The notes beneath the pieces are model-generated. The model did not search any database. It saw only the letters and a program-made list of their open reading frames with translations, and had not been told where the DNA came from. Positions 59,254 through 64,000 of a stretch of DNA of 64,000 nt are shown piece after piece. Within the stretch, counting starts at the first letter, position 1. Every line of letters starts with the position of its first letter. The stretch spans positions 6,386,001-6,450,000 of the forward strand of contig CM030332.1 in the NCBI GenBank assembly GCA_017654855.1. Direction: 5' to 3'. The position numbers and the translations under genes were made by a program. The DNA is from Podospora anserina (lineage: Eukaryota).

Positions 59254-60690
59254 ATGGCTGAGAACGACGATTTCGTCCTCGACGTCTACGGGGATGAGAA
59301 GAATGACCAGGGCGGTAACGATCACCAAGAGAACGGCAACAGCGGTCACTATGACAGAGAGGATGCCCACGCCGGCAATAGCCAGGGCAACCACGAGGAC
59401 TATGACTACGCCGGTGAGAACGGTGACGAGAACCAGGGTCAGGGCCACAACGGCGCCGACCTGTACGACATGGGCGAGTCTGACGGCCAGGCCCAGCCGC
59501 GTCAGAGCCCTCAGCCCAAGCAGGGCATCAAGCGCAAGGAGGGTGAGGGTTCGGATGAGCGCCCTGTCGACCCCGGTGCCACCACCGCGCTGCTCATCAA
59601 TGAGTTGAACTGGTGGACGACTGACGACGACATCCGCGGTTGGGCTGTTCAGGCCCAATGTGAGGCTGAACTCAAAGACATTACTTTCAGCGAGCACAAG
59701 GTTAACGGCAAGAGCAAAGGGTAAGTTTTGTTTTGTTTTCTCTCGCACATCAGATAAAAGCCTTGGAGCGGTTTGCTAACACCAATACATCGGATTAGAC
59801 AAGCTTATGTCGAGTTCACGTCCCAGCAGGCCGCCACGGCGGTCAAGCACCGCATCGAGTCGCTGGCCAACGAGCCGAATCAGCCGGCGTCGAAGCGTCC
59901 CACGGCGATTTACAACAATCCGTCGTTCAACCCTTTCCGGACGCTGCCCAAGGACACCCCCAACCGGGGCGGTGCTCCCAGAGATGGCCAAGGTGGTGGT
60001 CGTCCTCCTGTTGGCCCAAACCACAATGATTCGCAGCGCCCGAACAGCTACCAGGGCGGCAACAACGGCTTTGGTGGTGGCGGTTACCGCGGTAGAGGTG
60101 GTTACACTCCTCGTGGTCAGATGAACCGCGGTGGTTATAGCAATTACCAGGGCGGCATGAACAACCAGTTCAACCCCGGTAACAACATGGGCTTCAACGC
60201 TGGCGGTGGCGGTGGCGGTGGTTATGGTGGTGGTGGTGGCGGGTTCAACAACAGAGGTGGGATGGGCATGATGGGTCGTGGTGGTGGCATGCGCGGTCGC
60301 GGTGGTGGCGGCGCTGGAAATGCCATGGGCATGATGCCCATGAACCCCATGGCTGGCGGTGGCATGATGGGAATGGGTGCTGGTATGAACCCCATGATGA
60401 TGGGTGGTGCTGGCCCAATGGGTATGGGTGGACCCATGGGTGGTATGCCTGGTAAGGACCCCAGAACTGACTTTTCCCCTGGCGGCACTGGGCCGTCTCG
60501 ACTTTTTCTTTTCTTTTTTTGACCGCCTGCTAACCCGAAAGGACCCATCTCAGCCTTCCAAGGGATGGGCAACCAGTTTTCCCAGCCGTTCGGGTTTGGT
60601 GGAGGTTCGGGTGGTGCTGGTGGGTTCGGTGGCGGTGGGAACAGCCAAGCCCAGAATCCGCATGGTGCGAAGCGTCCCCGGGGGGAGTAG
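59254..60690 (+). CDS. CPSF6: CPSF6/CFIm68-like RRM protein with RGG and Gly/Met low-complexity tail; exons 59254-59720, 59799-60451, 60554(or 60542)-60690
   Basis: RRM LLINELNWWTTDDDIRGW..LKDITFSEHKVNGKSKGQAYVEF matches the CPSF6/7 LTWWTTD..F.E.R.NG.SKG signature. Two introns (GTAAGT/GTAAGG..GCTAAC..AG). Ends NPHGAKRPRGE-TAG. Confidence 0.88.
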
Positions 60691-60708
60691 GACTCCTCTC
60701 CGGGCGTT
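60671..60708 (+). promoter_or_regulatory. RNA hairpin presenting the UAG stop codon in its loop (candidate A-to-I editing site, A60689)
   Basis: GGGGGGA(60680-60686) pairs with TCCTCTC(60694-60700), extended by CCC/GGG and AGCG/CGTT. Loop is GUAGGAC. Confidence 0.65.
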
Positions 60709-63700
60709 TCTGGACAACAGGGTCGTGAAGGAGGTGGTGCTGGTGGTGCTCCTGGCGGCAACGGACGTGGCGGTCAGGGCCATGGCCGTGGTGGTGGTAC
60801 TGCCGGTGCTGGTGGTGTTTGTCCTCGCCGTCAGAACCAGGTTTAAACACCTGGCGAATTGAGGCTGCTGGAGATGGAAGTTTGAGGTTGGAACGAACTG
60901 ATCATCGCGACATATTCACAGCGCAGCACAACGGGGTGGTTTTTTTGTGGGAAGTGTATCAACATATTGCAACATGGGCTTCTTTCTTCGCGATCTTTTT
61001 CCGGCTTTCCCCCTTCGCCATCGCCAAATCGCCAATCAATCTCTCGACTTTGCCACCCGACCCCCTCGTCATCGCCAAACCTCCTCCTCCTCTTATGCCC
61101 TATGTCGAACGGTGTTCTCCCAAATCCGGGGGAATACTTAGTAGAGTAAGGGAAAGGAGGAGTGGTGGTGCGGCAAGGGGTCGTTGGTGTTTTGAGATTT
61201 GGTCTTCGACATGGCAAGTTCTTTCATCTCAACACTTGGCAAAAATTCGTTTGCCAACGAAAAAATCGCTCGGCAACGAAGAAGATTTTGAAGTTTTTTT
61301 TTCGCTCGGAAACAATCGCTCTGGATGGTTTGCGGGCGTGGCATTCTCAAAATTTTGCGTTTGCAAGCGCTGGGGTTGGGGATAGCTGGGATGATGGGGG
61401 AAGGATATGTTTTTACGTTTCTTTTTTCGCTTTTCTTTTTACAATAGCTCGACACACAGTTTGAGAAACCAGGGCTATTTTTTATTTATTTTGTGGGTTT
61501 TTGTTTGAAATATGGGGAGTTGGAGTTGGGAAATAGTTGGCTTGAGAATATTAAACTGATCACCAACATACGACATTTGCCTGGCAACCATAGCCCAAAA
61601 GATCGAAAAATGGAGTTGGTGGTAAGGTGGTTAGGGCTGAATAAACTGGTTAATTTGTTTTATTTTTGTGTTTCGCTGTTTATAATTGGGATGAGGATGA
61701 GAGATGTGGTGAAGTGCTTTGGATGTGTTTTCATGATTATTGTTGCTCACGGATGGTGTTGTGTAAGCAGTGTGGTTTTTGATGTGGTGGGAGTAGCTAT
61801 ATGTTGGGTGTATGATTGAGTGGAAGGCAGAACCTTAGAATGTGAGTTGAATATGACCGTTGAAGTATCAAAAGGAGATTGGGTAAATGGATAGGACATG
61901 TGGGATATCTTCTCCGGAGGTGCTTGGAGTTCAGTTGATAATTATAGAACAGGGGGGCTCAAGAGATGTGGAAAAAACAGCACTTGTTGTTATTATCTGC
62001 ACTGTAGGTAGGCTCGGTGATGCAAAGGCATATAAGTGAGCGTTCAACGGTGCTTATTCCATGGAGCCAATATGTGTTGAGAATGTTCGTGGTTGTGAGT
62101 CAGTGTTCTCAATGCTGCGTCGGTTGATACGGACTATCGATTAAAAGTGATCCATGAAAGTTAGAGCTCATGTGTCAATACCATGGGCTTACCACCTGAC
62201 TTTGTTTCACGCTGCAAATATGCTTCCACGTGATGATCTGCTTATCAAGATTATATGTGTCGTGGCTCAAAAGCTGGCTACACTTAGCTTGTCGTCCGAA
62301 CTTTCGTCCCAGACTTGCCGTTTAGTCATCTATTTCTATCCCTGAAGGCTTGGAGATTATAGATTCATGGACGTTAGTTGTCTTTGTGCTCGCCGGTGTG
62401 GCAAAGATATGTATTCAGTCAACCGTCCCAGCTTGCACTGCGAAGCACGGTGTATGGGGGTGCAAACTGTAGTTCACGGCTTAGAGATGTGATAATCACA
62501 GTTACAGCCTTTACCGAGTACTACTTCCAAGAAATCGCTTACAGTTTCCCTTGTTTAAAGCAGTCTTTTCTTGCTTTCAGATGCGGAAAGCAAACACCGG
62601 AGAGGAACCGGGGCCGGGCACCAGTGACACGGAAGGAAGCACGAGCCCCGGTCCCGCTCCGGTCCGGCATCGGCCGTCAGGCACAGTTTCAACCCAACCC
62701 ACAAACCGGAGCCTAGGCCCCAACCCCATGTGACTCTGAAACTTGAACAAGCCTGTGTTTGTGATCAGCAAAACCGCCGACAGATGAGACAAGATCGAAT
62801 ACACACGAAAATAGGGACTCATCTATAATCACGCCACAAAAGGGTTGCAGCCAAGTTCTACTACAGTTTGTGGCAACTTACGGGCAGTGTTGTGCTACAT
62901 TCTCTTGTCATTCTTAGGTTCTATCGGAGGGTTTACTTCGCGCCTGGCCATTTAGGATGATCGCCTCTGTCGTAGGGGCGATATTCAGAGATGATTGACA
63001 GGGGAAATCGCTTACACCATCCCACCACAGCAAGTCACGAACAAAAAAGGGGTCTAGCCCAGAGTATGACTTGAGTGAGGTTGCTTTCGCCACTCCCAAC
63101 CTTGAAACGCTGCTTCTGGGCCTCTTGAATGCAAGACCAAGTCCGTTTTTCGAGGTTCAAGTCCGCAACTTCAAGATACTTCCTCTCGCTCGGTCCGTTT
63201 ACTCCTCCTTAAATGCATACATCCTATTATCTGAACCCCCTCTCCACCTTGGACCCAAACATCGGGATGGGATGAGACGATAGACGGGACCTAAACTCAA
63301 TTCTATCCTAACCATCATCCGAACCTTGAAAACGAGCTCCCATTCGAAACAGCAACTCTACCTAGTCTCTTGGTAAACTGTCTAGTCTATACCAACAGAA
63401 GCAACACGGTCAAAAAACTCCGAAACTAGCACAAGACCAAGCTAATGCTGCATGCCTCTCTGCCCAAAGTAGGTATATGCTGTCAAGCTTAGCCTGGGTA
63501 CGGGTTCCATAACGTGCGATAGGCTGGACGAGTAGGAATCCATGCCCAGTTTCCTCTTTTTCTTGTCGTCAACTCGCTGTCAGCAGATTCCTCCTCTCGC
63601 TTATGATCATAACATCGACAGAGCTTCAGTCATGTTGCACTCGCGCTTTTGCGCCGGTGCTACATAACCTGTCTTTCAACCATCTATGTAGGTCTAGTCG

Positions 63701-64000
63701 AATACTTGTGCGCCTACAATCCACACATAATACGATCTGGAGTTCCAGACCCGGGCCATTCCGTCCCACTCGAAAGGAGCGCCAGCACCAGAGTGGTATT
63801 TCATGATGGCAAAACGCAGTTTCCCGTCTCACATTGATGTCAACACCATACACAAGGAGTAAACAGACATCAAGAAACCAAAATCCACAGTGGCAAACCC
63901 CCCGAGCAGGTAAAGCAAGTCGTCATCCATGTTAGCCACATTTAGTGCCTAATCTCTTCCTAAATAAAGCATAAAAATCAATAAAGCCATTCCACTTACC

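Noticed and set aside
60404-60862. Val-rich plus-strand ORF as an alternative C-terminus
   Set aside because: Shifted reading of GGT repeats; no splice route in the right phase was found.
61567-61576. ACATACGAC, similar to the 5' end of fungal 5S rRNA
   Set aside because: Similarity stops after 9 nt; no 5S body.

Overview
Eukaryotic DNA from a filamentous ascomycete. Short GT..CTAAC/CTGAC..YAG introns, intron-containing tRNAs and gene content suggest Sordariomycetes, probably Sordariales/Podospora-like (inference). The first ~40 kb is ordinary gene-bearing sequence: a partial ORF at the left edge, PET191, a small membrane protein, a U4 snRNA, a pirin, an orphan Cys-motif gene, VMS1, a Mad1-like CFEM/GPI adhesin, a DUF3433-like membrane protein, WDR23/DCAF11, GPI2, a small type-I membrane protein, an annexin, a Zn2Cys6 factor and three tRNAs (Glu-UUC, Pro-UGG, Leu-AAG). 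From ~39.7 to 59.2 kb there is no intact gene, but several eroded gene relics are visible, including an aspartic-protease fragment. The top finding is in the CPSF6/CFIm68-like RRM gene (59254-60690). Its UAG stop sits in a hairpin loop that mimics a tRNA anticodon loop and is followed by 51 in-frame Gly/RGG-rich codons, which predicts A-to-I stop-loss editing. All family assignments come from recalled motifs, not database searches.
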